Virus record (IMG/VR): IMGVR_UViG_2582581314_000001
Location: 29,903-93,902 of that record
Length of the DNA stretch: 64,000 nucleotides
From: a virus
Taxonomy: Duplodnaviria; Caudoviricetes
Reading direction: 5' to 3' (one strand)
Shown: in pieces, positions 1-10,600 of the stretch
How the letters are laid out: every line of letters begins with the position of its first letter
Position numbering within the stretch: position 1 is the first letter of the stretch
Position numbers and translations under genes: made by a program
Notes under the pieces: generated by a model
Databases searched by the model: none
Told to the model about the DNA's origin: nothing
The model's input: the letters and a program-made list of their open reading frames with translations, nothing else

Positions 1-396
1 GGTCTTCGGCGGGGCGGTGAGCGGGCACTGGCCGACGGTTCCGGCTGGGGTGTAGGCGGTGACCGCGTCCAGGGTGGTGTCGGTGACGGTCACCGTGCCG
101 TCTTCGGCGATCGCCAGACGGCGCAGGAACGGCGTCACGGTGCCGTCGGCGGCAACGTCGCACAGTTCGATGACCTCGTAGTCGGTCACCTCGGCCGGGC
201 ACACGCCGACGGTGCCCGCCGGGGTGTACGCGGTGATGCCGTCGAGGGCGGTGTCGGCCACGGTCGTGTTGCCGGTGCTGTCGACGGACACGCGACGCAG
301 GAACGGGGTAGGGGTGCCGTCGGCGGCGACGTCACAGAGGAGTTCGAACTCGCGATCCGGGGCGCTCGTCGAGATGCTTCCACCGGTACCAGACAT
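1..396 (-). CDS. Cys-bracketed repeat virion-associated protein (partial, runs off left edge)
   Basis: Not in ORF track; ATG at 396 preceded by AAGGAG; reads MSGTGGSISTSAPDREFELLCDVAADGTPTPFLRR... with two copies of the repeat. Confidence 0.75.
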   Translation of the reverse strand, partial: MSGTGGSISTSAPDREFELLCDVAADGTPTPFLRRVSVDSTGNTTVADTALDGITAYTPAGTVGVCPAEVTDYEVIELCDVAADGTVTPFLRRLAIAEDGTVTVTDTTLDAVTAYTPAGTVGQCPLTAPPKT

Positions 397-432
397 GGCT
401 CTCCTTGGAGGATGGTCGAAACAGGGGGCGGG

Positions 433-987
433 TCAGGGGCGTTCGGTCCACGAGACGGCGACGATGTCCCCGGCGGTGGTCTCCACGGAGAGCGGGCCGG
501 TGAGCTCGTCGGAGCCCGCGGCGACATCGGGGAGCGCCGACCATGTGACGGACTCCCCGCCGTACAGGCGGGAGGTGCCGGAGGCGGTCGTCACCGATGG
601 GCCTTCGGTGCCGGTGGCGATGACGGTCACGGTGACCGACTCGACGGTCCCGGCCGCCGTGGCGAATACGTCGAACGACTGGGCGCTGTCGAGGACTTGG
701 CGGTGGCTGCTGGCCGTCTGGGTGGTGACCGGCGGCGTGGTCGTATCGCTGCTGGCATCGCAGACGGTCACGGTCCCGGCCGGGGTGTAGGCGGTGACGC
801 CGTCGAGGGCGAGGTCTGCTGTGGCGCTCAGCGTGCCGTCGGCGGCGTGCGTGAAGCGGCGCAGGAAGGGCGTTGAGGTGCCGTCGGCGGCGACGTCGCA
901 CAGCGTCACGTACTCGACGTCCATGCTCGGCGCGGTGGTGCTTCCGTTGCCGTTGCCGACGAGAATCGGCCCGCAGCATCCGCTCAT
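433..987 (-). CDS. Repeat-domain structural/hypothetical protein (184 aa)
   Basis: MSGCCGP... start overlaps upstream stop (ATGA); carries LCDVAADGTSTPFLRR repeat; C-terminus resembles that of the 984..3488 protein. Confidence 0.8.
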   Translation of the reverse strand: MSGCCGPILVGNGNGSTTAPSMDVEYVTLCDVAADGTSTPFLRRFTHAADGTLSATADLALDGVTAYTPAGTVTVCDASSDTTTPPVTTQTASSHRQVLDSAQSFDVFATAAGTVESVTVTVIATGTEGPSVTTASGTSRLYGGESVTWSALPDVAAGSDELTGPLSVETTAGDIVAVSWTERP

Positions 988-3488
988 AGCGTGGCTCCCG
1001 TGGTGAAGGTGATGGTGACGGTCCCGGTGCCGGCGCTGATCGTGAGCGGTCCGGTCAGGAGGGCGTCGGAGTCTCGGACGACGCTCCAGGACGCGGCATC
1101 GCCGTCGTGCAGCGTGCTGGCGCCATCGGCGGTGGTGATGGTCCCGGTGCCACCGAATGCGGTGGCCGTGACGGCTTGCAGCGTCGGATAGGTGGCGGCG
1201 GACCAGGTGGCCCCCGGGTTGAGCTGGACACGGCGGGCCTGCGCGCCGGTGGCCGCGTCTGCGCCCCCTGCGCCGGTCTCGCAGTCCACGGGGGCGACTG
1301 GCGTGTATGGGGCGGAGAGGTCCGCGGTGTACGTGCCGAGGCTGGTGAGCGCTCCAGCGCAGTCGACAGCCAGCAACTCGACGTAATCGGTGTCGGCGAT
1401 GCCGTCGCCGTCGGTGTCGTCGCAGCGGCATGCCTCAAGTACGTTCTGTGCCGGGCAGGGCTGCTCCGGGCAGCAGGAGCCGCCGGAGCCCCCGCAGGCC
1501 ATGTAGCCGTCCGGGAGGCCGCCCTCGTACCGGTTGCCGTCCGGGTCGATGAACGTAGTGGTGCCGCAGTCGCGGTGCTCGACCGTCCAGTATTCCGGTA
1601 CGCCCGGCACGCGGTAGGTGAGAGTGACGTCGAGCAGGACACCACCGTTGCTGCCAGGGCCGGCCTCGGTCACGCGGATGGCAAGGAGGTTGGAGCCCCG
1701 CACAGCGCCGGCGATGCGGTGTTCGGCCTCTCTGTAGGGCGGCTTGTTGAACCATGTCGCCGCCTGCGGGTTGGTCAGCGTCTCCGCCGCGCCGTTGAGG
1801 GCGTAGCCCGGCACGGAGTTGTCGGCGTTGAGCGTGTCGATCTTGATTGTGGTGGCGTCCAGGACCGCATCGTCCGGCAGCTCGAACGCCGTGACCATGT
1901 AGTAGTCGACCGGGGCTCCCGGGGGCAGCGGCGTGGTCAGCGTGCTCGGGGTCAGGGACACCCAGCCGCCGCCGGGGGGACGCGGAGTCGTCCAAGCCGC
2001 CGGTCCGGCAACGTCGTAGACGGGGCGGCCTCCGGCCTGGGTCATTCCCCAGGTCCAGGCCGGGTCTACGCGCCCGCTGGTGTTGTTGCCGGGGTTGGAG
2101 ACCACCCGCTGGGAAGTCGGCAGGAGTGGGGTGACGCAGACGGTTTCCCGTGCGGTCTTGCAGCACTCGCCGAGGCGCGTGCCTGCCGGCAGCGTGTACG
2201 GGTCGCCGGTCATCGCATCGACGAGCCGCGTCGTGATCGCCTCGCCGTTGCCGCCGTAGACCGTCTCGCGGCGGACGCGAGCGACCGTGACGCCGCTGGC
2301 GTCGTCCACGACGCACAGGGGCCAGGACTCCACATCTGCCGTCTCGGGCTCAAGGCAGACGCCCACGGTGCCGGTCGGCGTGTACGGCTGGCCGTCCAGC
2401 GTGTAGTCGGTGTGCCCGGTGATCTCACCGCTCGCCGCATCCCGCCGGTAGTCCCGCACGAAGCTGGTGACCGTGCCGTCCGCCGCGGTGTCGCACAGGA
2501 CGGTGAGGTCCTGCTCGGGCTGCTCGTCGGCGTCGGCGGGGCAGTGCCGTAGCTCGCCCTGGAGGGTGTACGTGTTGCCGGTGGCCGGGTCGACCAGGCG
2601 CACGGAGGCGAGGGAGCCGTCCGGGTTGTACGCGTACTCGACGAGGACCAGGCCGAGGACGTCCCCGCTGGCCGGGTCGACGTCGCAGAGGAGCCCGGCG
2701 AGCTCGAACGCGCGGGAGTCGCCGCATGCCATCGCGCCGGCCGGGGGTGGGCCGCTGGTGTAGGCGCCGGTGGTGAGGTTGAGCCATCCGTCCTGGGTGA
2801 CGGTGCCAGCGCAGTCCCGGGTGATGAGGACGGCGAGCGGAGTGCCGTCCGGCAGGCACAGGCCGAGCGTGGCGGCCGGGGTGGTGACCGCCTCACACGG
2901 CGCCTCCGGGTTGCCGTCCCCGGCGCACGTACGAACGGTGCCGTTCACCGTGTGCGGGGTGACGCCGTCCAGCTCGAAGTCGTCGAACGAGGCCGTCCCG
3001 TTGAGCCACGTGTAACGGCGCAGGAACGGCCCCGCGTCGTCGCAGAGGGTCAGCGTCTCCGTCTCAGTGCACCCGTACTCGCAGTCCACCGGCGCGGTCG
3101 GCGTGTACGGGGCGGCCGGGTCGTCCTGGTAGGTGAGGAGGAGCTCGGCGCTGCCGTCCGCACGGATGCACCACAGCTCGCTGTATGTCTGGTCGGCTGC
3201 ACCGTCCCCGTCGGTGTCGTCGCAGCGCTGCACGCAGATCGTGTCGGCGCACCCGGTGTCACAGGAGCCCGTGTCAGCCGGGGCCGGGCCGGGCGTGAAC
3301 TGGCCGGTGAGGAGGTTGATCCAGCCTTCGGAGGTGATGGTCCCGGCGCAGTCCCGGACGACGGTCACCGCGATGGGGGTCCCGTCGGTCAGGCACAGGC
3401 CCACTGTCGCGACCGGCTGAGTCGGCGACTGGCAAGTCTCATTCCCTGGGCCGCAGTTGCAGTTGGTGAAGTTTCCGCCGACGGCCAC
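984..3488 (-). CDS. Large Cys-rich repeat protein, putative capsid decoration/fibre (834 aa)
   Basis: Multiple Cys-bracketed modules, two CDDTDGDG (DxDxDG Ca-binding-like) motifs, beta-sandwich-like central region; in late structural operon. Confidence 0.75.
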   Translation of the reverse strand: MAVGGNFTNCNCGPGNETCQSPTQPVATVGLCLTDGTPIAVTVVRDCAGTITSEGWINLLTGQFTPGPAPADTGSCDTGCADTICVQRCDDTDGDGAADQTYSELWCIRADGSAELLLTYQDDPAAPYTPTAPVDCEYGCTETETLTLCDDAGPFLRRYTWLNGTASFDDFELDGVTPHTVNGTVRTCAGDGNPEAPCEAVTTPAATLGLCLPDGTPLAVLITRDCAGTVTQDGWLNLTTGAYTSGPPPAGAMACGDSRAFELAGLLCDVDPASGDVLGLVLVEYAYNPDGSLASVRLVDPATGNTYTLQGELRHCPADADEQPEQDLTVLCDTAADGTVTSFVRDYRRDAASGEITGHTDYTLDGQPYTPTGTVGVCLEPETADVESWPLCVVDDASGVTVARVRRETVYGGNGEAITTRLVDAMTGDPYTLPAGTRLGECCKTARETVCVTPLLPTSQRVVSNPGNNTSGRVDPAWTWGMTQAGGRPVYDVAGPAAWTTPRPPGGGWVSLTPSTLTTPLPPGAPVDYYMVTAFELPDDAVLDATTIKIDTLNADNSVPGYALNGAAETLTNPQAATWFNKPPYREAEHRIAGAVRGSNLLAIRVTEAGPGSNGGVLLDVTLTYRVPGVPEYWTVEHRDCGTTTFIDPDGNRYEGGLPDGYMACGGSGGSCCPEQPCPAQNVLEACRCDDTDGDGIADTDYVELLAVDCAGALTSLGTYTADLSAPYTPVAPVDCETGAGGADAATGAQARRVQLNPGATWSAATYPTLQAVTATAFGGTGTITTADGASTLHDGDAASWSVVRDSDALLTGPLTISAGTGTVTITFTTGATL

Positions 3489-3507
3489 TAGTTCTCTCCG
3501 CTCATCG

Positions 3508-4062
3508 TCACGACGTGCCGCCTTGGTCGCAGGGGGCCAGGAAGTTGATGTATGCCGCCGCTCCGTCGAGGACCTGCACCGTGAACGGCGTGCACAGGAT
3601 CCCGGGGGCGCATCCGCCCGGCGGCGCGGACCAGCTCAGGCCCGTCCCGCATTCGTTGATCTGCGTCTCATTGCCGGCACAGTCCGTGATGATCACGGGC
3701 CCGCACGCGACCTGGACCGAGACGGACTCCGCGCCCTCGGGCATGGCCCAGGTCTCCGGCCCGGACAGGCCGAGGAGTTGAGGACACATCGGGGTGGGAT
3801 CGCACTGGTCGCACGCCCCGGCCCCCGCCGGGGGCGCCCCCGGCGTGAACGCTCCCTTGGTGAGGTCCACCCAGCCGGTGACGGCAGGCTGCGCGGCCGC
3901 GGTACCGCACTCGACGCACGCACCCTCGATCAGGACAGTGATCGGGGTTCCGTCCTGAAGGCACAGAGGCTGAGAGGTCAGCGACGGAGCACAGCACGTC
4001 CTCACCTCAACCGGTTCACCGCCGCCCCCGCAGGGCGTGCACGGGGCAGGCTCAAGGGCCAT
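3508..4062 (-). CDS. Cys-rich hypothetical structural protein
   Basis: Shares the LCLxDGTPI...GWVDLTxGxFTPG module with the 984..3488 protein; GGGAGG RBS. Confidence 0.75.
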   Translation of the reverse strand: MALEPAPCTPCGGGGEPVEVRTCCAPSLTSQPLCLQDGTPITVLIEGACVECGTAAAQPAVTGWVDLTKGAFTPGAPPAGAGACDQCDPTPMCPQLLGLSGPETWAMPEGAESVSVQVACGPVIITDCAGNETQINECGTGLSWSAPPGGCAPGILCTPFTVQVLDGAAAYINFLAPCDQGGTS

Positions 4063-4065
4063 CGT

Positions 4066-4593
4066 TCATGCCTCCCGGTGCACTTGACGGTGATGGGCGT
4101 CCCTGCCGCGTGACGTGGTGAACGTGCGCGTGCACAGACGGCAGGCGTACGGCGGGCCCGGCTGGCTGGTCGGGCCGCTGCTGTCACCTCCGGCAGCAAC
4201 ATCCGCGGCGGCCTGGACGACGGTCACCACTGCATCCACGACGGCCGGGACCGGTTCGGCGGCACCTTCCAGCCAGGCACCGTCTGCCTGCTTGCCGCCT
4301 GCGGCGTCGAGTAGGACGGCGTCCGGCCCGTACGCGGAGTCCGGTACGGGCGGCAGCGGCTCCCCGGGCACGGACGTCAGCCACTCCGGCCTCTCGTCCT
4401 CCACCGGCGAGACGTACCGGTGGCCGTCCACGAGGGAGCCGATGAGGAGGCGCTCCGGCATGTGCGTGAACAGGAGCGCAGGCACCGCGAAGTCCGTGGT
4501 GGAGCACGTGCGGACCTTCGGCCTCTGGGCGACCGCCCACCGGGCGAAGTCCACACGCAGGGCCCGTGCCGGCTGAACGGTAATCAGGTTCAC
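4066..4593 (-). CDS. Hypothetical protein with C-terminal C2H2 zinc finger
   Basis: GTG overlapping upstream stop; ends YACRLCTRTFTTSRGRDAHHRQVH. Confidence 0.7.
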   Translation of the reverse strand: MNLITVQPARALRVDFARWAVAQRPKVRTCSTTDFAVPALLFTHMPERLLIGSLVDGHRYVSPVEDERPEWLTSVPGEPLPPVPDSAYGPDAVLLDAAGGKQADGAWLEGAAEPVPAVVDAVVTVVQAAADVAAGGDSSGPTSQPGPPYACRLCTRTFTTSRGRDAHHRQVHREA

Positions 4594-5426
4594 GGGCACA
4601 GCACCACCCGGATCGCTGCGGCCTCGCAGCACGCGACCTCGACCACGAACGACCGCTCGGCCAGAACGAACCGGTCGTTGGTGGTGATCCGGAAGCTCTC
4701 TTTATCCGTCTCCGGGACGACCTGCGGGGCCTCGCGCCTGATACGGATCGGGCCGGTGATGTACAGCCACGCCTCACCCGCGGGGGCCTGCGTGCAGTCC
4801 GGCGGCCCGACGTTCAAGGAGTAGCCGCTACCCATGATCACGCAGTTGCCCATGAGGGTCCGGGGAACACCGTCCTCCATGTGGACGACGTTGCAGCAGC
4901 CCAGCAACGCGGCGGCGCCGGCCGGGACGTGGAGGATGCCCTGCCCGCCGTAGTTCTCCGCGAGCCACCCCTCAAGGGCGGCCACACCCTGCGCGATGGA
5001 CACGGCGCCCGCGGTGGGAGTGAGGTCGGCGGCCATGGGACAGAGCACATCCCGCGCAAACCACTCCTCCAGTGCGCGCTGCTCCCCCATGCGCAGCGTC
5101 TCGCGGGCGTGCTGGACCGCCTCCTCATACGGCCAGCCGACCGTGGAGCAGGTAGCCCCGGCGTAGATGGTGATCGGCGAGGCAGAGCACACGCCGGGCC
5201 GCTCGAACACCTTGGCCGTCGGCCCCGGGGTGGTGCTGTCCTCCGGGCACCACTCCCAGTCATGCGCGGCGGCACACGAGAGCGGCATCCACTCCGTGCC
5301 AAGGAGGTCGTGCACGTCCTCCACGTCGATGATGTCGACGCAGCCGCCGAGAATGCCGTGGGGCAACGGGGTGCCCGGGACGGCATCAACGCGCTTACGG
5401 AGTCCGGCTGATGGCATCTGCCTCAC
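4590..5426 (-). CDS. Capsid-associated/minor capsid protein (putative)
   Basis: Immediately downstream of major capsid gene; true start may be ATG ~5417. Confidence 0.6.
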   Translation of the reverse strand: MRQMPSAGLRKRVDAVPGTPLPHGILGGCVDIIDVEDVHDLLGTEWMPLSCAAAHDWEWCPEDSTTPGPTAKVFERPGVCSASPITIYAGATCSTVGWPYEEAVQHARETLRMGEQRALEEWFARDVLCPMAADLTPTAGAVSIAQGVAALEGWLAENYGGQGILHVPAGAAALLGCCNVVHMEDGVPRTLMGNCVIMGSGYSLNVGPPDCTQAPAGEAWLYITGPIRIRREAPQVVPETDKESFRITTNDRFVLAERSFVVEVACCEAAAIRVVLCP

Positions 5427-5490
5427 CTCCTCTCATCCGGGCAGCTCCGGCCTGGCAGAAGGCCGGGGCTGCGTGTCCGGGAGAAGGGGG

Positions 5491-7155
5491 TCAGCTGCTG
5501 CCGGCGGCGCAGACGAGCTCCAGCTGCGCGCCGGTAGCGCCGTCCGGGCAGACCGGGACAGTGACGATGCGGGTGTCCACCGAGCGGTCGACGAGGGCGG
5601 AGCATTCCTCCGCGAAGAGAGCCGTGTAGTCGTTGGTGACGAACTTCGTACTGTCGTGCACGACGCCGAGGTTGACCTCCTCGCCGCGACCGATCTGGAG
5701 GGTGCCGGACGGGTACATGAGGAACCGCACCGCGGCGGGCCAGTCGACGGCTACGTTGGCGCCGCCGATCTCGTCCGGGACAGCCGGGGACAGGCCGCGT
5801 GCGAACTGCACGCGCACCCCGAGCGTGCTGAACACGTCCTGGATGCAGGTCGGGCTCAGGTCACAGATGTTGACGCCGTTCTGCCGCGCCAGGTCGGACA
5901 GGAACAGGTTCCGCGACCACCAGGGGAACACGACCTCCAGGGCCGTGGTCTCGCAGAGGCTGTGCCGCTCGATGACGTCGGCGGCCTGGAGGGCGACCGC
6001 GCCGTAGATTGCGGACAGGGCGCCGAACGTCGGCGCGAGCACGACCGGGGTCGCGGTGTTCAGGGCCTGCTGGAACAGGACCTGCTTCACCCGGATCTCG
6101 TGGGCGACCATGGCGTTGCGGAGGTACCAGGCCACCAGCTCCGGGAAGTGGCGCTGCGTCAGGATGCCCGCCTCCAGACACACACCGATGGCGTCGCAGC
6201 GGACCTCTACCGGGTCCGGGCACGGGATGCGGAAGCAGGGCTTCGTCGCGCCGGAGATGTCGTCGGCCTCGGTGTGGACCCACGTCATCGCGCCGACGTC
6301 CAGGGACAGCGGCTTGTAGTAGCGCAGGCCACCGCGAGCGAGCTGGATCTCGGGGGCGTCCCACAGCATGTCCGGGCAGGCCACGCCGGTGATGTCGTAC
6401 AGCGTCTCCGACGGGGCGCACCAGCCGCCGGAGGCGACGAGTTCACCCTGCGGGAGCCGCGCTTGGTTCTGCGCGGCGATCGCCACGGTGGTGCCCTCGG
6501 GCGCGGAGCTGGAGTCGGTGACGATCAGCTCGTCCGGGTACGGGTGCCGGTAGGAGATGACCTGGCCGGTGCCGCCACCGGCGGTCTTGAGGGCGTTGGC
6601 GCGGCTGATGATGCCGGTGACGACCTGCCCGAAGTCCAGCGGGGCGCCCGGGGTGTAGCCGGGGACGTCGACGGCCGCAGTGATGTGCGTGCCCGGGGCC
6701 GGCGGCTCGGGAAGGACGCGCGGCTGCACGGCTCGCACCGAGGCGAGGTTGAGGGCGGGGCGCCGCGCCAAGGACGCGGAGGCTGCCACGACCGGCTCCG
6801 GCTCCGAGGCGGCCTCCACCTCGGCCGGGACCTCCTCGGCGACGGGCTCCTCCACGGCCGGGGCCGCGTTCGGGTCGTCGCCGCGAACCTGCGCGGCCAG
6901 CTGCTCGATCTCCGCAGCGGCAGCCCTGGCGGCGGTGATGCGGTCGTTCTGCTCCGTACGCATGGCCTCAACACCGGAGGCAAGAGAGCGGAGTTCGTTG
7001 ATGTCCTTCTCGGTGACGAGGCTGGACGTTGCCTTGGCATCGAAGGCCTGGACGGCGCCCGCAAGGGCCGCAGCAAGCTGCTCGTCGTCCAGGGACGTGA
7101 GGTCTTCGGGGAGCTCGAACGGCTCGGGCATGACCGGTGTCTCCTGTGGGATCAA
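5491..7155 (-). CDS. Major capsid protein with N-terminal scaffold-like coiled-coil
   Basis: Helical Ala/Glu-rich N-terminus, ASGGWCAPSETLYD motif of actinophage capsids, position after protease; start probably ATG 7131. Confidence 0.85.
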   Translation of the reverse strand: MIPQETPVMPEPFELPEDLTSLDDEQLAAALAGAVQAFDAKATSSLVTEKDINELRSLASGVEAMRTEQNDRITAARAAAAEIEQLAAQVRGDDPNAAPAVEEPVAEEVPAEVEAASEPEPVVAASASLARRPALNLASVRAVQPRVLPEPPAPGTHITAAVDVPGYTPGAPLDFGQVVTGIISRANALKTAGGGTGQVISYRHPYPDELIVTDSSSAPEGTTVAIAAQNQARLPQGELVASGGWCAPSETLYDITGVACPDMLWDAPEIQLARGGLRYYKPLSLDVGAMTWVHTEADDISGATKPCFRIPCPDPVEVRCDAIGVCLEAGILTQRHFPELVAWYLRNAMVAHEIRVKQVLFQQALNTATPVVLAPTFGALSAIYGAVALQAADVIERHSLCETTALEVVFPWWSRNLFLSDLARQNGVNICDLSPTCIQDVFSTLGVRVQFARGLSPAVPDEIGGANVAVDWPAAVRFLMYPSGTLQIGRGEEVNLGVVHDSTKFVTNDYTALFAEECSALVDRSVDTRIVTVPVCPDGATGAQLELVCAAGSS

Positions 7156-7247
7156 GGAGACTCGGCCCTAAACCAGCAGTCGGAGGAATCTTAGCTGTTG
7201 AGGCGGCTGGCCTGGGGCGTCAAGGCCAGCCGCCTGTACTGCTGGTG

Positions 7248-7469
7248 TCAGGGTTTGGTGACGCTGTCGGTGTCGGTGGCTCCGAGCGGGCGGACGACGC
7301 TGCTGGGGTAGTTCCCGGACACGCTGTCCGCGAGCGGCTTGTTGCTGGTGGTGAAGGCGACGCGGCCGTTACCGCCGTCGAGGACGACCTGATACGTCGT
7401 CTTGCTCGGACGGGCGGCGGACTGGACGCCGGCCGACCGTTTGCGGTTGCCGCCGCAGCCACATCCCAT
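7248..7469 (-). CDS. Small MGCGC-type phage protein
   Basis: MGCGCGG start, GGAAGGAAG RBS; paralog of adjacent gene. Confidence 0.7.
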   Translation of the reverse strand: MGCGCGGNRKRSAGVQSAARPSKTTYQVVLDGGNGRVAFTTSNKPLADSVSGNYPSSVVRPLGATDTDSVTKP

Positions 7470-7484
7470 GGGGCTCTTCCTTCC

Positions 7485-7637
7485 TTACTTCTTGGCGACT
7501 TCGCGGACCTCGCGGCCTTCGCCGCGCTCGGCCATGGCGTCCGCGGTGGTCCTGTACGGGGTGGGCCCGAACACCCGCTTCCCGGAGGCGTCGACGACCT
7601 CGAACTGCGTCTTGTTCTTCTGGCACGCGCACGGCAT
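7485..7637 (-). CDS. Small MPCAC-type phage protein (50 aa)
   Basis: MPCACQKNKTQFEVVDASGKRVF; AAAGGA RBS; similar to TYQVVLDGGNGRVAF of neighbour. Confidence 0.65.
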   Translation of the reverse strand: MPCACQKNKTQFEVVDASGKRVFGPTPYRTTADAMAERGEGREVREVAKK

Positions 7638-7639
7638 GG

Positions 7640-10600
7640 TCAGTTCCTTTCCGGCTGCTGGGCAGCGCTTGCGGCGAGCTCGGCGCGGACGGGTGCGAGC
7701 CGGGCGGTGAGTTCTGCGAGTTCGGCGCGCGCGGCAGCAGCACGCTGTTCCTCGCGGGCCTTGAGGGCGTCGGTGAACTGGTCGAGGAACGCGGGCTCCA
7801 GGAGCGCGGCGGTGATCTCGTCGGCGACGCTGGCAGCCGAGGCCCCGTCGCTCGCGCGGCCGTGGTCGGGTTCCGGCTCGCCGACCGGGGGTTCGGGGGC
7901 GGTGATCGTGGCCTCGTCGATGGCTGCTGCGGCGGCGGTGAGGGCGAGGTTTGACCGGTCGATGACGGCGGCCGCGGTGAGCGGCGACGAGTGCCCGGGT
8001 ACCGGCACCGAGAGCACGGCCTTGAGCTGCCAGCGGCCGTCTGCGCCCTGCGTCATGTGATAGCTCGGCTGGCACGCCTGGAAGACGGTGCGATCCCACG
8101 GGGACAGCCAAGGCGCTGCCGCGCCGGAGAACCACATACCGCCTTCGTTCATGCCGACGGTGACGACGGCCGCGACGGTGCGGGTGTCGTCGAACTGGCA
8201 GACCGCGCTCTCGCATTCGAACCCGTCGCGGTGGTGGCCGACGTTCATCGTCATCGCACCAGCGCGTACCTCGCTGCCGTCGTCGAGGCTGAACCTGGCC
8301 CGCAGGAAGTGAGTCAGGTCCAGGCCCCGGGCTGCGAGCTTCTCGATGGTGACCTTCCGGCCGTGCGCGGCGTGCGGCACGCCGCGCTGTGCCACCCAGC
8401 CGTAGGCGCGGCCGTCGACGATGTGGACGCCGCCGCTACCGGGGGGCAGCTCTTCGGGGGTGGGCTCGGCGAACCATGCGGCGGGCATCGACTGTTCGGC
8501 CTGCATCGCCTGCCAGGCGGAGGCGACGATGTCGGCGCCTCGCTCGTCGTACAGGGCGTCGAGGGCTGGGGCGGCGGTCGCCTCTTCTGTCGCGGGCGGG
8601 GTGAGCTCCACGTCGCCGCTCGCGGTGGCCGTGATCTCGCCCTCGGGCAGGGTGGACGCGCCGACGTAGAGGCCGCGGGCGATCCGTACGACGGTGCCGG
8701 CCTGCACGGCATGCGACAGGTGGCTGTGGACCGTGTCGACGCTCATGCTGAGCTTGTGGGAGAGGTGGCGGGGGCCGACCGGGGTTGGGGAGCTCCGCAC
8801 GTAGGTGACGACTCGTTCGTGGCCGTCGCCGGACGACGCTATGACGGGCGCGGACGCTGTCTGTTCGTCGGGCGGGTCGAGGACGATGCGGGCCTTGTCG
8901 TAGGCGGGCATCGACACGAGGGTTGCACCGCGCAGCCGGGCCCGGGTGATCCGTACGAGGTAGTCGCCGGACTTCTCCTCGTGGAAGACGACACCCTCGC
9001 CCGGGTCGGAGTCGCCGGCGGCCGCGGTGACTTCGTCGCCGAAGACACGGCGGGCGGTCGCGCGGGTGATGGTGCCGCCGGGGCTGGTGAACAGCATCAC
9101 CGAGCGGGCGCTGTGCGCCATCTCGGCACCGGAAGCCGTCCACTCGGCGCCACTGCGGGCGGTGATCATCCACGCGCCGTCGGCGAGGCGCATCACGCTC
9201 GCCGACGCGAACGACGCCGCCAGGAACGGCATATCAGCCTCGTCGTCTTCGGGGCTGGTGGTGGTGTCGACGAGCTGCACGTCGACGTCGTCCAGGTCGA
9301 CGGACACCCCGAGAGGCGCTTCCTGGTCCAGGAGCATGGCGGCGTCGAATCCGGCGGGCTGCGTCATGTACAGCACGCCGCTGCCGGTGATGCGATTGCC
9401 GGTCCGGCCGAGGGTCTGGATCGCTCCGGCGAGTTCGGCGCCGTGGTGGCCCTCGCCCATGGCCTCCGCGTACTGGAGCGGCCACGGGCCTGTGCCGTCC
9501 CAGAACAGGGCGCTGGGGGCGAAGACTCGGCCGTCGCCGGTCTGTTCGTTCTCGAAGGCGAGCGCGGCACCGTCGGGGGTGGACCAGCTGCGGACGGGCG
9601 GCGGCGGGGCTTCCGGTTCCGCCTGCACGGGTGTGGCCATGGGGGGTTCCTCCTCTGCGGGGCCGAGCGGAATGTCGTAGTGGTCGCCGGCGAACGCCAG
9701 GCGGATCCGGTCGAAGGTGATCGGGCCGAGCCGCTCGCACATCGGGTCGAACGGCCACGTGTCGGCTGCGTACGCGCCTGTGACATGGGCGACCCACGGC
9801 GAGTGCTGGGCGGGTGTCTCCGGGCGGTCGTGGGCGTCTTCGAGGAGCTGGCCGGCGAGGGCACGGGCTTCATGAAGTGCGGGGCCGTCGCGGTCGCGGT
9901 CGTCGCCGATGGCCCACACCCAGGCCGGGGAGTCCGAGTCGGGGTTCCAGTGGTTCACGCCGAACGCGCGGGCGACGACGGGGCCGGTCAGGGCGGCGGC
10001 CTGGGCGCGGACGACTGCGACGAGTTCGGTGCGCTGGTCCTCGGTCCACTGGGAGGCGTCGTCGCCGAGGAACCACAGTGTGCAGTGGAGTTCGCCAGGG
10101 TCTTCACCGTCCGGGAGGGCAAGGAAGCGCGCGTCTTCGTCGCGGGGCAGGAGCGCGATCATGCCGCCCATGAGGTGACTCCCATCCGCTGCGGCCATCT
10201 CTTCCTTCGATTCGGAGACTTCAGGCCGCAGCTCTTCTTTCGATCCGTAGGCGGCGGTGCGCTGTTCGGGTGCCAATCGCAGGACGCACCGGCAGTTGAC
10301 GGTGAGCTCGGGCGGCGCGGCCGGGTCGCCGGGGTAGGCCATGGCGACGCCGCCGACAGTGAACGCTTCGTCGAGGAGGCGGAGTTGCCCGTCGGCGTGG
10401 TCGTGGGCGTCACGCACGCGGGCGTCGCGTCGGGTCTGCCACTGCTTGACGAGGGGACGCCCCTCACTGGTGAGGTCTTCAGCTGCGGCGAGCGTGGCGG
10501 CGTTCCATGCCCGGGTGGACTCGGTGCGGGCTATGCGCTCTTCGCGCATCTCGCCGAACTGGGCGCCGTCGCGGGAGAACAGGTCACGCAGCCGGGCCCG

